A stretch of 47,927 nt of DNA, taken from assembly GCA_036308845.1 (NCBI GenBank), contig JAXJUX010000136.1:1-47927 (forward strand), written 5' to 3'. Numbering within the stretch: position 1 is the stretch's first letter; each line of letters starts with the position of its first letter. This document shows, piece by piece, positions 1 through 9,399 of this stretch. The stretch is from Ruminococcus sp. GTDB lineage: Bacteria; Bacillota; Clostridia; Lachnospirales; Lachnospiraceae. The notes beneath the pieces were generated by a model that was given only the letters and a program-made list of their open reading frames with translations, was not told where the DNA came from and searched no databases. A program made the position numbers and the translations under genes.

Positions 1-127
1 ATCCCAGATCATTTGCAAACCAACGCATCACACCTTCTACGGTCAGTGCGTGCTGGATGTGAAATGCTTCTTTATTGTATTTTTTCAATAATTCCAATGC
101 TTGTTCTCTTGTTAAATTGCTTTTCAT
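1..127 (-). CDS. HD/HDIG-domain hydrolase, N-terminal part (runs off the window start)
   Basis: Manual translation from ATG at 127: MKSNLTREQALELLKKYNKEAFHIQHALTVEGVMRWFANDLG; GAGG RBS upstream; resembles the N-terminus of Clostridial HD-superfamily hydrolases. Confidence 0.7.
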   Translation of the reverse strand, partial: MKSNLTREQALELLKKYNKEAFHIQHALTVEGVMRWFANDLG

Positions 128-320
128 GTTTGAATCCTCTTCTTTCTATATTTTCCGATAATTTTTGATTTGTTTTTCAAATCATATACTGTTTTTTATT
201 TTACCATGGTCGAGAGATTATGCAACCTGTAGGTTTTGATTCTCTTTCTACACATTCTTAGTGGCTTTTCCCCCATCTATTTATTATAATAAAACTATCT
301 ACTATGGGAGGGATTTTACA

Positions 321-2057
321 ATGGTAAACTTGAAAGAAAAACCATTTTATTTAAACGACGAAGGTATCAAATGGGTGGAGGAAACGATTGATTCCATGTC
401 ACTGGAGGAAAAGGTTGGCCAATTGTTTGTTCAATTGATTACGAATCCGGCACCGGAAGCGATTCAATCTATGATACAAACCTATTATCCTGGCGGTCTT
501 TGTTTACAGAAAAGCGACCGGGATACGATTTATGAACAATGCAAAATTAGTCAGGAAGCATCCAGAATTCCTTTGCTGCTCACTACAAATGCTGACAACG
601 GAGGGGATGGCTGCATAGCAGACGGAACTTTTATTGCTACGGCTGCCGAAGCTGGCGCAGGACAAGACAGCAAAACAGCTTATGACATTGGTTATGTGGC
701 TGGGCGCGAATCCGCCAGTGTTGGCGCAAACTGGATTTTTAATCCTTGTGCCGATATTTATATGAACTGGAGAAATACCATTATCAATACCCGCGCATTT
801 GGAGACAATGCAGAAGATGTCATCAAGCACGTGCGTGCCTATATCGATGGTCTTCATCAAAGCAATGTTGCCTGCTGCTGCAAGCATTTTCCGGGAGATG
901 GCGTGGAAGAACGTGACCAACATCTAGTATTGAGTGTCAATGACCTTTCTGCGGACGAATGGAATAACACATTCCGAAAAGTATATCAAACTCTGATTAA
1001 TGACGGAATAGAAACCATCATGGCGGGACATATCGCTTTGCCGGAAATGAGCCGCAAGCTGCGCCCGGGAATCAAAGACCACGAAATCATGCCCGCTACA
1101 TTAGCACCAGAATTATTGACTGATTTGCTTCGTGAAGAAATGGGATTTAACGGTGTTATCATCACTGATGCTTCCCGTATGGCTGGTTTTACCTGTATGG
1201 AAAAACGCTCCTTGGCTGTTCCAAAATGCATTGCCAGCGGCTGTGACGTATTTTTGTTCAGCAGTGATATGGAAGAAGATTTTCAATATATGATGGATGG
1301 CGTAAAAAATGGCATCATTACAGAAGAAAGACTGAATGATGCACTTCACCGAATTTTGGGTCTGAAAGCTAAATTACAATTGTACAAACAAGAGAACCTT
1401 ATACCAGAACCATCTGTAAAATATGAAGTAATCGGATGTCAGGAACATTTGGAACTTGCAAAAGAAGCTGCCGAACGCTGCATCACTCTGGTAAAAGACA
1501 CGCAGCAAAACTTACCAATCAATCCAGAGAAGCAAAAACGGGCACGTTTGATTTTTGTGTCCTCCACACCTATCACCAAAGCCTATAAAGGTGACCCTGT
1601 GAAACAGGTTGTTGTGGAAGAATTGGAACGGGCAGGATTTGCTGTAGATGTTGCTCCTAATTTTCATGATCTGGAAGTAGAACACGGACCAAATCCGATG
1701 AATGCTATCACCATGATGGAATATGGAAAACGCGAAGATTTTGCATCTCAGTATGATGTGGTATTTGTGTTTATCAATCTGGAAGGATATGCGCAGGAAA
1801 ATCAGGTTCGCCTCCGCTGGAGCTGCAGTCATTGCAGCGAAGTTCCATGGTATGTCACTGAGCTTCTTACAATTGGCGTCAGCCTGAATTATACCAATCA
1901 TTTGATTGATGTTCCACAGATTCACACCTTTATCAATGCTTATAGCCCAACAAGAACTACCATCCGCGCTGCCATTGATAAGATTTGTGGAAAAAGTGCA
2001 TTTACCGGTGTTGCCAGCGAGACCGTATTTTGCGGTAAGTGGGATACACGGTTGTAA
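321..2057 (+). CDS. GH3 glycoside hydrolase (beta-N-acetylhexosaminidase/beta-glucosidase-like)
   Basis: KHFPGDG...DQH and IITDA motifs; N-terminal SLEEKVGQLF; GGGAGGG RBS before ATG 321. Confidence 0.9.
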   Translation: MVNLKEKPFYLNDEGIKWVEETIDSMSLEEKVGQLFVQLITNPAPEAIQSMIQTYYPGGLCLQKSDRDTIYEQCKISQEASRIPLLLTTNADNGGDGCIADGTFIATAAEAGAGQDSKTAYDIGYVAGRESASVGANWIFNPCADIYMNWRNTIINTRAFGDNAEDVIKHVRAYIDGLHQSNVACCCKHFPGDGVEERDQHLVLSVNDLSADEWNNTFRKVYQTLINDGIETIMAGHIALPEMSRKLRPGIKDHEIMPATLAPELLTDLLREEMGFNGVIITDASRMAGFTCMEKRSLAVPKCIASGCDVFLFSSDMEEDFQYMMDGVKNGIITEERLNDALHRILGLKAKLQLYKQENLIPEPSVKYEVIGCQEHLELAKEAAERCITLVKDTQQNLPINPEKQKRARLIFVSSTPITKAYKGDPVKQVVVEELERAGFAVDVAPNFHDLEVEHGPNPMNAITMMEYGKREDFASQYDVVFVFINLEGYAQENQVRLRWSCSHCSEVPWYVTELLTIGVSLNYTNHLIDVPQIHTFINAYSPTRTTIRAAIDKICGKSAFTGVASETVFCGKWDTRL

Positions 2058-2063
2058 TAAAAA

Positions 2064-2086
2064 AGAATCTCGCATAGCGAGATTCT
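2064..2086. repeat. REP-like palindrome AGAATCTCGC-ata-GCGAGATTCT
   Basis: Perfect 10-bp inverted repeat; near-identical copy at 21086-21107 and a degenerate copy at about 3827-3851. Confidence 0.75.
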
Positions 2087-2158
2087 CCGCGCGCGAGCGG
2101 ACTGCAAAGCAGTAACTTCCTCTCCGCGAGCTGCGCATCTTCCGAGCGAAACGAGTTT

Positions 2159-2225
2159 TTGTATCATAGGAAACTCTGTACAGTTTGAATTATCACATAA
2201 TTTGTAGTAGTTTCCTATGATACAA
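2159..2225. repeat. 17-bp perfect inverted repeat with 33-bp spacer
   Basis: TTGTATCATAGGAAACT ... AGTTTCCTATGATACAA. Confidence 0.85.
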
Positions 2226-2230
2226 GAAAG

Positions 2231-2276
2231 AAAAAGGGATATCTGCCAGCCCGCAAGCTGTCCAGATATCCCTTTC
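2231..2276 (-). terminator. Intrinsic terminator downstream of the GH4 gene (possibly bidirectional)
   Basis: AAAGGGATATCTG...CAGATATCCCTTT stem with A/T tails. Confidence 0.7.
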
Positions 2277-2373
2277 TTGAAGGTATTATACTATTAGGGG
2301 TTTTCCCTGATGTCTCGTCTTTGTTGTCATTCCAAGCTGTCCCGTCAATGATGTCTCCCCTGGAAGTCCTCAA

Positions 2374-3696
2374 TTATTTGTACATTTTCATGTAATCCCC
2401 ATGAGCGTCAATCAGTTCATCACACATCTTCACGATATCGTCGATGCTCAGTTCTGCTGCTGTATGTGGGTCAAGCATAGCTGCCTGATAAATGTATTCA
2501 CGTTTCTTTGTAGCTGCTGCTTCAATTGTCAACAACTGAACGTTGATGTTTGTCATGTTCATAGCTGCCAGCTGTACTGGAAGTCTTCCGATTCTGCATG
2601 GGTTTACTCCGTTTGCATCGATCATACATGGAACTTCTACACAGGCATCTGCTGGAAGGTTTGTGATCAGACCGTTGTTCAGTACGTTACCGCCAATTTT
2701 GTAAGGCTGATTTGTAACAACAGCTTCCATGATGTGAGAAGCGTATTCTCTACTTCTTTCATGAGTGATTTTTCCATCATTCAGAATGTTGCGTTTTTCT
2801 TCTTCCCAATCAGCAATCTGTTTGATACATCTTCTTGGATATTCATCCAGAGGAATGTTGAATTTTTCAATCAGTTCTGGATATTTATGTTTGATAAACA
2901 GTGGGTTGTATTCAGAATTGTGTTCACTGGATTCTGTACAATAATATCCCAAATGTTTGATATATTCGAAACGAACCATATCATCATGTTTTTCTGTTGC
3001 ATTCTTTTCAGCTGCACGTCTTCTGATTTCTGGATACAGATCGTTGCCATCTTTGTCACGGATATCCAGCAGCCATCCCATATGGTTGATACCTGCGATT
3101 GTTTCGTAACGTCCTTCTAATTTATCTTCCATGCCCAGTTTTTTGAACAGTTCAGAAGTACAAACCTGAACACTGTGGCACAGACCAACTGTCTGTACAT
3201 TTGTGTATCTCTGCATATATCCTGTCAGGATTCCCATTGGGTTTGTATAGTTCATGAACAGTGCATCTGGACAAACTTCTTCCATATCTTTTGCGAAATC
3301 TGCCATTACAGGAATAGTACGCAGACCACGCATAATTCCACCGATACCTAATGTATCTGCAATTGTCTGACGTAAACCGTATTTTTTAGGAATTTCAAAG
3401 TCAATAATTGTACATGGATCGTATCCACCTACCTGAATAGCGTTAACAACAAATTTTGCACCACGAAGCGCTTCTTTACGATTTTCAACACCAAGATATG
3501 TTTTGATTGTTGCACGACCTTCGTTTACGTTTTTGTTGATCGCATTCAAAATAATTTCGGAATCTTCCAGTCTTTCTTTGCTGATGTCATACAGTGCGAT
3601 TTCAGCTTCACGGAGTGCTTCACTGCACATACAATCGCCTAATACGTTACGTGCAAATACTGTACTTCCAGCGCCCATAAAAGTAATTTTTAACAT
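2374..3696 (-). CDS. melA: GH4 NAD/Mn-dependent alpha-galactosidase
   Basis: KITFMGAGS Rossmann motif, QTIADTLGIGG, NYTNP, VGLCH and GINH motifs. Confidence 0.9.
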   Translation of the reverse strand: MLKITFMGAGSTVFARNVLGDCMCSEALREAEIALYDISKERLEDSEIILNAINKNVNEGRATIKTYLGVENRKEALRGAKFVVNAIQVGGYDPCTIIDFEIPKKYGLRQTIADTLGIGGIMRGLRTIPVMADFAKDMEEVCPDALFMNYTNPMGILTGYMQRYTNVQTVGLCHSVQVCTSELFKKLGMEDKLEGRYETIAGINHMGWLLDIRDKDGNDLYPEIRRRAAEKNATEKHDDMVRFEYIKHLGYYCTESSEHNSEYNPLFIKHKYPELIEKFNIPLDEYPRRCIKQIADWEEEKRNILNDGKITHERSREYASHIMEAVVTNQPYKIGGNVLNNGLITNLPADACVEVPCMIDANGVNPCRIGRLPVQLAAMNMTNINVQLLTIEAAATKKREYIYQAAMLDPHTAAELSIDDIVKMCDELIDAHGDYMKMYK

Positions 3697-3743
3697 GCCA
3701 TAGTTCCTCCCGTCTCTAAAAATACTTGTTGTAAATACTATAC

Positions 3744-3791
3744 AAAAACTGTCCGTTTTTTACCATCCTCAATTGATAGAAAAAACTGTCC
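3744..3791. promoter_or_regulatory. Direct repeat AAAAACTGTCC x2 upstream of melA, putative regulator sites
   Basis: Identical 11-mers at 3744-3754 and 3781-3791. Confidence 0.45.
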
Positions 3792-3885
3792 ATTTGTTAG
3801 ATTTTAAGTTTTCTTATATTAAGAATGAACCTCGCAAGCGTGATTCTCCGCAAGGCGCGTTTGCGCACATAAAAATGCCCTCCCA

Positions 3886-4806
3886 TTACAGGAGAGCATT
3901 TTTATGTGCGCCTTTTTCATTATAAACAACCAGCTCCTCAGACATTTTCCCCTCTTCCCGGTATGCTTTCGGGCTGAGACCGGAATGTTGTTTGAACATT
4001 CTGGAAAACGCAAGCTGATCCGTATAACCTACGGCATTGGAAATCGCATTGATCGGCATATCTGTTTGTTTTAACAGCGATTTTGCTTTTTCCATTCGAA
4101 GATTCAACAGGTATTCTTGTGGAGAGTACCCCGTTGCCTTCTTAAAACTGCTGGTGAGATAACTGCGGTTGACACCGATGTAATCTGCCAGCTCATTAAT
4201 TTTGATTTTTTGTGTATAATTTTCTGCAATATAAGCGATTGCATTTTTTACATAACCAGATCCTGTATAAGAATATTTCATCTGTACTTCAGAAACCTGT
4301 TTGCTGTACTCCTCAATCAACTGTGCAAAAAAGAAACTTAACAGACCATTCCTCTTTAATTCATTGGCATAGGTCAGCTCATGGGCTTCCAACATAGCAT
4401 TCACCAGCGAATACAATTGAGAAATGTTAGCAACCTTCTTTACATGGTTTTTCGTAGAAAAACCAGAATGTATGATACATTCTTCGGCTTTCATTCCGGC
4501 AAAGCCAATCCAGATATAGGACCATGGATTTTCTTCATCTGCCTGATAAAAGGCTTCCTCACCCGGATAAATCAAAAATGCATCCCCTTTTCGCAAATGA
4601 TACACTTTTTCTTTTGTCTCATAAGTTCCTTTTCCTTCTGTAATTACATGAAGTACATAACATTTTCTTCGATTCGGGCCAACACGATGACCTGCATCAC
4701 ACTCTTCCAAACCACAGTATGTCAGACAAAGTTCAACGGATTCCTTTCGTAAATCATCTAGACTCTTATATTTAGCTGCATTGGTAAATCCAGATTTCTG
4801 TTTCAC
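3886..4806 (-). CDS. AraC-family regulator (MsmR/MelR-like)
   Basis: N-terminal cupin sensor domain; C-terminal VGYTDQLAFSRMFKQHSGLSPKAYR; GTG start with GGAGGG RBS. Confidence 0.92.
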   Translation of the reverse strand: MKQKSGFTNAAKYKSLDDLRKESVELCLTYCGLEECDAGHRVGPNRRKCYVLHVITEGKGTYETKEKVYHLRKGDAFLIYPGEEAFYQADEENPWSYIWIGFAGMKAEECIIHSGFSTKNHVKKVANISQLYSLVNAMLEAHELTYANELKRNGLLSFFFAQLIEEYSKQVSEVQMKYSYTGSGYVKNAIAYIAENYTQKIKINELADYIGVNRSYLTSSFKKATGYSPQEYLLNLRMEKAKSLLKQTDMPINAISNAVGYTDQLAFSRMFKQHSGLSPKAYREEGKMSEELVVYNEKGAHKNALL

Positions 4807-4839
4807 TTTATCCCTCCTGTTATGGTATTACTATGCTTC

Positions 4840-4981
4840 GTATCTGTTCAGTACCTTCACAGATACGAGCAAAAATCCATTAAAATCGCCTTTGGCGATG
4901 GGATTTTTGCTTGTATGTCTCGGGATTTTCAGCCAAAACGGCTGAAAACACCTCGCGGGATACTACCTACTGAATAGTTAT
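4840..4981. mobile_element. MITE-like element of 142 bp with 8-bp target-site duplication TATGCTTC
   Basis: Imperfect TIRs GTATCTGTTCAGTA / TACTGAATAGTTAT; TATGCTTC at 4832-4839 and 4982-4989; internal hairpins. Confidence 0.8.
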
Positions 4982-7266
4982 TATGCTTCCTTCAATACAT
5001 AAATCAGAGATGTGAAATCTCCACCTTTTGTATTCAGTGCTGTTCTATCGATTACAAGACCTGCATGCATCAATTCATCACCGTATGCCTGGAATGTTTT
5101 TACACATTCTTTTTCTACTTTGATTCCAAATAATTTTGCAAGTTCATAATCAAATGTTTCTGATGGAGATAAGTCCACAGAAATATCATATAATTTTTCT
5201 GGATCCAGACCGTCCAGTCTCAGACGCAGCCAGGAACCATTTACTTTATTCAATCTCTGATAGAAACCAACAATAGCTTCTGTCTTATCTGGAGAAACAA
5301 CCATCCAGGAAGTATCATTTCCATCAAATGGACTAAGCAGACGATAGAAATCACCTTTCATCTGAATCAGTTCTCTGTGTTCTTTCATGAATGTAATCTG
5401 TTTCTTAACTTTTGCCATTTCATCTTCGCTCAGAAGATTCAGATCCAATTCATATCCAAATGTTCCGAAGTATGCAACATCTGCACGAGTGTCAATTGGT
5501 GTTGTACGATGCAGCTGATGGTTTGGTACTGCAGATACATGAGATCCCATACTAACGATTGGGTATACCATGGATGTACCATACTGAATTTTCATTCTTT
5601 CACTTGCATCTGTGTCATCACTTGTCCAAGCCTGTGGTGCATAATACAACATAGCAGGGTCAAATCTTGCTCCACCACTTGCACAGGATTCAAACAGGAT
5701 GTGTGGGAATTCTGTTGTCAGGCGGTCATACAAATCGTACATACCCAGAATATATTTGTGCATCATCTTGCCCTGATGTTCTGGTGCTTCTCCTTTGGAG
5801 AATGGCTCTGTGATATAACGGTTCATATCCCATTTGATATAAGAGATCTTGGATTCTCTTAAGATTTTAGCAACCATTTCATAGATATAGTCTACTACTT
5901 CTTTTCTGGAATAATCAAGTACATGCTGATGTCTTGCGTGACATTCGAAACGATCTGGAGCTGCGATTACCCAATCTGGATGTGCACGATACAGATCACT
6001 GTCTTTATTAACCATTTCCAATTCGAACCACAGACCAAATTTCAGACCCATAGCTTCTACTTTTTCAGAAAGTCCGCTGATACCATTTGGCAGTTTGTTC
6101 AGGTTTACATACCAGTCGCCAAGACCTCTGTAGTCATCATCTCTGGTTCCAAACCAACCGTCATCCAGTACGAATAATTCTACGCCAGCTTCTTTTGCTT
6201 TGGAAGCGATTTCCAGAATTTTTTCTTCGTCGAACCAGAAGTATGTTGCTTCCCAGTTGTTCAACAGGATTGGACGAACCTGATCTCTCCACTGTCCTCT
6301 TACCAGACGTGTACGATATAATTTGTGGAATGTCTGGCTCATTTTATTCAGACCGGCATTACTATATACCATAACAACTTCCGGTGTCTGGAACTCTTCG
6401 CCCTGATTCAGTTCCCAGGAGAAGTTTTCTGGGTTGATACCCAGCATTACACGTGTCAGATCATGTGTAGAAACTTCTACCTGTGCCAGGAAGTTTCCGC
6501 TGTATACAAAGCTGAAACCATATACTTCACCCTGGCTTTCTGTAGCGCTTGGGCGTTTCAAAGCTACAAATGGGTTATGTTCTGCACTACTTGCACAACC
6601 TGCTACAGACTGAATTGCCTGAATACCCATTTCCAGTTTACGTGTTTTTACGTAACGTTCTCTGGACCATGCACCGGACAAGTGAATCATTTCATAATTG
6701 CTGTCTACAAATTCTACACTTGCACTCATCGCTTTGTCCAGAATAATTTTCTGTGCACCTTTCTGTACGAAACGAACGTTTCTTGTAATAACAGGAAGTT
6801 CATTGTAAATCGTATAGGACAGAATCATATCTGTATCCATAACGCTGTCATGCATAGTTACTTCCAGAGTTTGAGCTTCATCATCACTTTCTACATAAGT
6901 AGCTGGAAGTGGATGCATTGTTTTCTTACCATTGAAAATTTCATGAGAAACATATTTGAAATCTACGATTCTGCTTCCGCTTTCCTGAATAATACTCAGG
7001 GCAGGACTTCTGTAATCGCCAGTACCATATACAGGATATTCCTGTTTTGTATGATGCATAGCCAATGTTACAGGTTCTGGTACGCAGGAAGCTGCCATAG
7101 AACGGTCTTCGCCTTCATGCAGATATACGAAATCAGCTTTATCACGGAGTTTTGTTCCGTAATACAACTGTTCCAGCTGCTCATTTTCCATAATGCGCAT
7201 AATATAACTTACTTCGTTGTTATAAATGTGAAATACTCTCGTCTGTTCATGAAATATAATAGCCAT
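4981..7266 (-). CDS. GH36 alpha-galactosidase
   Basis: LLNNWEATYF, LFVLDDGWFG, IKWDMNR, ESCASGGARFD and WTSDDTD motifs; AAGGAG RBS before ATG 7266. Confidence 0.95.
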   Translation of the reverse strand: MAIIFHEQTRVFHIYNNEVSYIMRIMENEQLEQLYYGTKLRDKADFVYLHEGEDRSMAASCVPEPVTLAMHHTKQEYPVYGTGDYRSPALSIIQESGSRIVDFKYVSHEIFNGKKTMHPLPATYVESDDEAQTLEVTMHDSVMDTDMILSYTIYNELPVITRNVRFVQKGAQKIILDKAMSASVEFVDSNYEMIHLSGAWSRERYVKTRKLEMGIQAIQSVAGCASSAEHNPFVALKRPSATESQGEVYGFSFVYSGNFLAQVEVSTHDLTRVMLGINPENFSWELNQGEEFQTPEVVMVYSNAGLNKMSQTFHKLYRTRLVRGQWRDQVRPILLNNWEATYFWFDEEKILEIASKAKEAGVELFVLDDGWFGTRDDDYRGLGDWYVNLNKLPNGISGLSEKVEAMGLKFGLWFELEMVNKDSDLYRAHPDWVIAAPDRFECHARHQHVLDYSRKEVVDYIYEMVAKILRESKISYIKWDMNRYITEPFSKGEAPEHQGKMMHKYILGMYDLYDRLTTEFPHILFESCASGGARFDPAMLYYAPQAWTSDDTDASERMKIQYGTSMVYPIVSMGSHVSAVPNHQLHRTTPIDTRADVAYFGTFGYELDLNLLSEDEMAKVKKQITFMKEHRELIQMKGDFYRLLSPFDGNDTSWMVVSPDKTEAIVGFYQRLNKVNGSWLRLRLDGLDPEKLYDISVDLSPSETFDYELAKLFGIKVEKECVKTFQAYGDELMHAGLVIDRTALNTKGGDFTSLIYVLKEA

Positions 7267-7386
7267 ATTATTCTCCTTTATCACTCAAAAATTATTATTT
7301 ATAAGACCTCATATCCGGTCCTCAAAATACAAAATTTCTGTTGAAATCTTACTCTTTTTATTATAGAAAACAACTTTCTATGGTTT

Positions 7387-7420
7387 AAAAAAGACCAGCG
7401 CAAAAACATACGCTGGCCTT
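7387..7420 (-). terminator. Intrinsic terminator after the ABC genes
   Basis: CCAGCG...CGCTGG stem followed by a T run on the minus strand. Confidence 0.55.
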
Positions 7421-7550
7421 CTTTCTGAACGCCTTACGCGCTCTCCTCTATGCCATTCGATCATTCATGTTTTTAACAAACACAAAGATTGATAGCTAAG
7501 TGCCATATACAGATTTTACATCATCTATACATAGCTTCCTATGTATCAAA

Positions 7551-8381
7551 TTATAATTTACCACCAGATGTTGCAATACCTTCAACGAACTGTTTCTGGA
7601 AGATCAGATACAGAACAATCATAGGTAAACAAGCGAACAGAGATGCTGCCATCAATTCTGGATAGTCTTTTGCGTACTGACCCTGAAGTTTGTTCAGAGC
7701 TGTAGAAATAACCATCATTTCGTTAGATGTTGCAACGATCATTGGCCACATCAATTCTTTAAATGCGAACAATGCTGTAAAGATACCAAGAGATACCATA
7801 CTGGATTTTGTCAGAGGCATCATGATCCACAAAAATGTCTGAGGAATGTTACATCCATCCAGACGAGCTGCTTCTTCCAGATCTTTTGGAAGTCCCATGT
7901 AACCCTGTTTTAACAAGAATGTACCGAATGCTGTTACCAGACCTGGGAATACCAGAGCGAACATTGTATTCAGTAATCCAGCTTTACTCATCATCAAATA
8001 CTGTGGCAGTGTAAAGATCTGACCAGGAACCATCATCTGCAGCATAACCAGACCAAATGCCAGTCCGCTTCCTTTGAAATGCAAACGTCCAAGTGCATAA
8101 CCAGCCATAGTAGCTGTCAAACAAGCACATACAACACGGATAACAATCAAAAGAATTGTGTTTTTGTACAGAACAAACCAGTTCAATTTGGAAAGTGCTG
8201 ATTTAAATCCTGTTGTAACCCACTGTGTAGGGAAGATTACAAATGGATTAATCTGTGTAGATTCCGTAACAGTTTTGAATGCTGTCAATACCATCCATGC
8301 AAATGGAACCAGCATAACAAATGACATAATGATCAACACAACATGAATGAACACGTTCATTGCTTTCTGTTTCATTTCCAT
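7551..8381 (-). CDS. Carbohydrate ABC transporter permease (MalG-like)
   Basis: LEEAARLDG EAA loop; multiple TM helices. Confidence 0.93.
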   Translation of the reverse strand: MEMKQKAMNVFIHVVLIIMSFVMLVPFAWMVLTAFKTVTESTQINPFVIFPTQWVTTGFKSALSKLNWFVLYKNTILLIVIRVVCACLTATMAGYALGRLHFKGSGLAFGLVMLQMMVPGQIFTLPQYLMMSKAGLLNTMFALVFPGLVTAFGTFLLKQGYMGLPKDLEEAARLDGCNIPQTFLWIMMPLTKSSMVSLGIFTALFAFKELMWPMIVATSNEMMVISTALNKLQGQYAKDYPELMAASLFACLPMIVLYLIFQKQFVEGIATSGGKL

Positions 8382-8398
8382 AATATAATCCTCCTTTC

Positions 8399-9301
8399 TT
8401 AGTTATAGAATACCCATTTCTTTTCGCCGTATTTCTGGATTGCTGTAAGAATCATGATAACTACCAGCAGAACGATTACGATTGTAGCACCATAACCATT
8501 GTTCTTCTGTTCGAATGTGTAGTTATAGAACAGATATACGAGAGACTGAACGGATTCAAACGCCGGGTTACTCTTTTCGATTACGAGGAAGATCATATCG
8601 AAAACCTGCATTGCACTGATAATACGTGTTACCAATACAAAGTAAATTGTTGGAGAAAGCAGAGGCAATGTGATGTTAAAGAATGCTTTCACACCTGTAG
8701 CACCGTCAATTTCAGCTGCTTCATAGTAGTCACGAGGAATTTCCTGCAGACCGGACAGGAACAATACCATGTTGTAACCAACTACAGACCAGATACCGAT
8801 GATCGCGATAGAATAAATCGTAACCTTTGGATCAGATACCCATCTGATGGATGTTCCTAATACATTGTTTAACAGACCGAAATCTGCGTTATATAACCAT
8901 CTCCATACCATAGCTACAGCCGCTGGAGCAGCAACCATTGGAAGGAAGATAACTGTTCTGTAGAAAGAACGACCTTTCATTTTACGGTTCAAAAGAACTG
9001 CAAGTACCAGAGCGATGATTACAGACAGAGGTACTTCCAAAATTGCGTATTTGAATGTATTTCCTAACGAACGCCAAACTTCACCGTCAGCGAATACTTT
9101 CTGGTAGTTCTGCAGACCAACAAAAATATTTCCTTTACCAAAGTCACCAGTTTTGAAGAAACTCTGATAGATTGTGCTAAAGATTGGATAGATATTCAGA
9201 ACAATCAAACCAATCATTGTTGGAAGTACGAACAGCCAGCCCCAGATGAACTCGTTGCGTTCTCTCTTTGTGCTTTTTACTCTTGTATTACTAGCTGCCA
9301 C
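8399..9301 (-). CDS. Carbohydrate ABC transporter permease (MalF-like)
   Basis: YYEAAEIDGA EAA loop; FVGLQNY motif. Confidence 0.93.
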   Translation of the reverse strand: MAASNTRVKSTKRERNEFIWGWLFVLPTMIGLIVLNIYPIFSTIYQSFFKTGDFGKGNIFVGLQNYQKVFADGEVWRSLGNTFKYAILEVPLSVIIALVLAVLLNRKMKGRSFYRTVIFLPMVAAPAAVAMVWRWLYNADFGLLNNVLGTSIRWVSDPKVTIYSIAIIGIWSVVGYNMVLFLSGLQEIPRDYYEAAEIDGATGVKAFFNITLPLLSPTIYFVLVTRIISAMQVFDMIFLVIEKSNPAFESVQSLVYLFYNYTFEQKNNGYGATIVIVLLVVIMILTAIQKYGEKKWVFYN

Positions 9302-9399
9302 TTTTTAATCCTCTCCTTTTTGGAAATACAGGCAGATTCTTTCGAACCTGCCTGCAATAAACTCGACATTAAATTGTTAATGGTATGAATGAATTACTA

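Noticed and set aside
6325..7344. Long antisense ORFs (also 2401-3120, 27170-28030, 39298-39801 and others)
   Set aside because: They lie opposite well-supported genes, have no motifs, and are expected from codon bias
7420..7550. Tiny ORF or sRNA after the ABC permease
   Set aside because: The 13-codon ORF lacks a good RBS and the structure is weak
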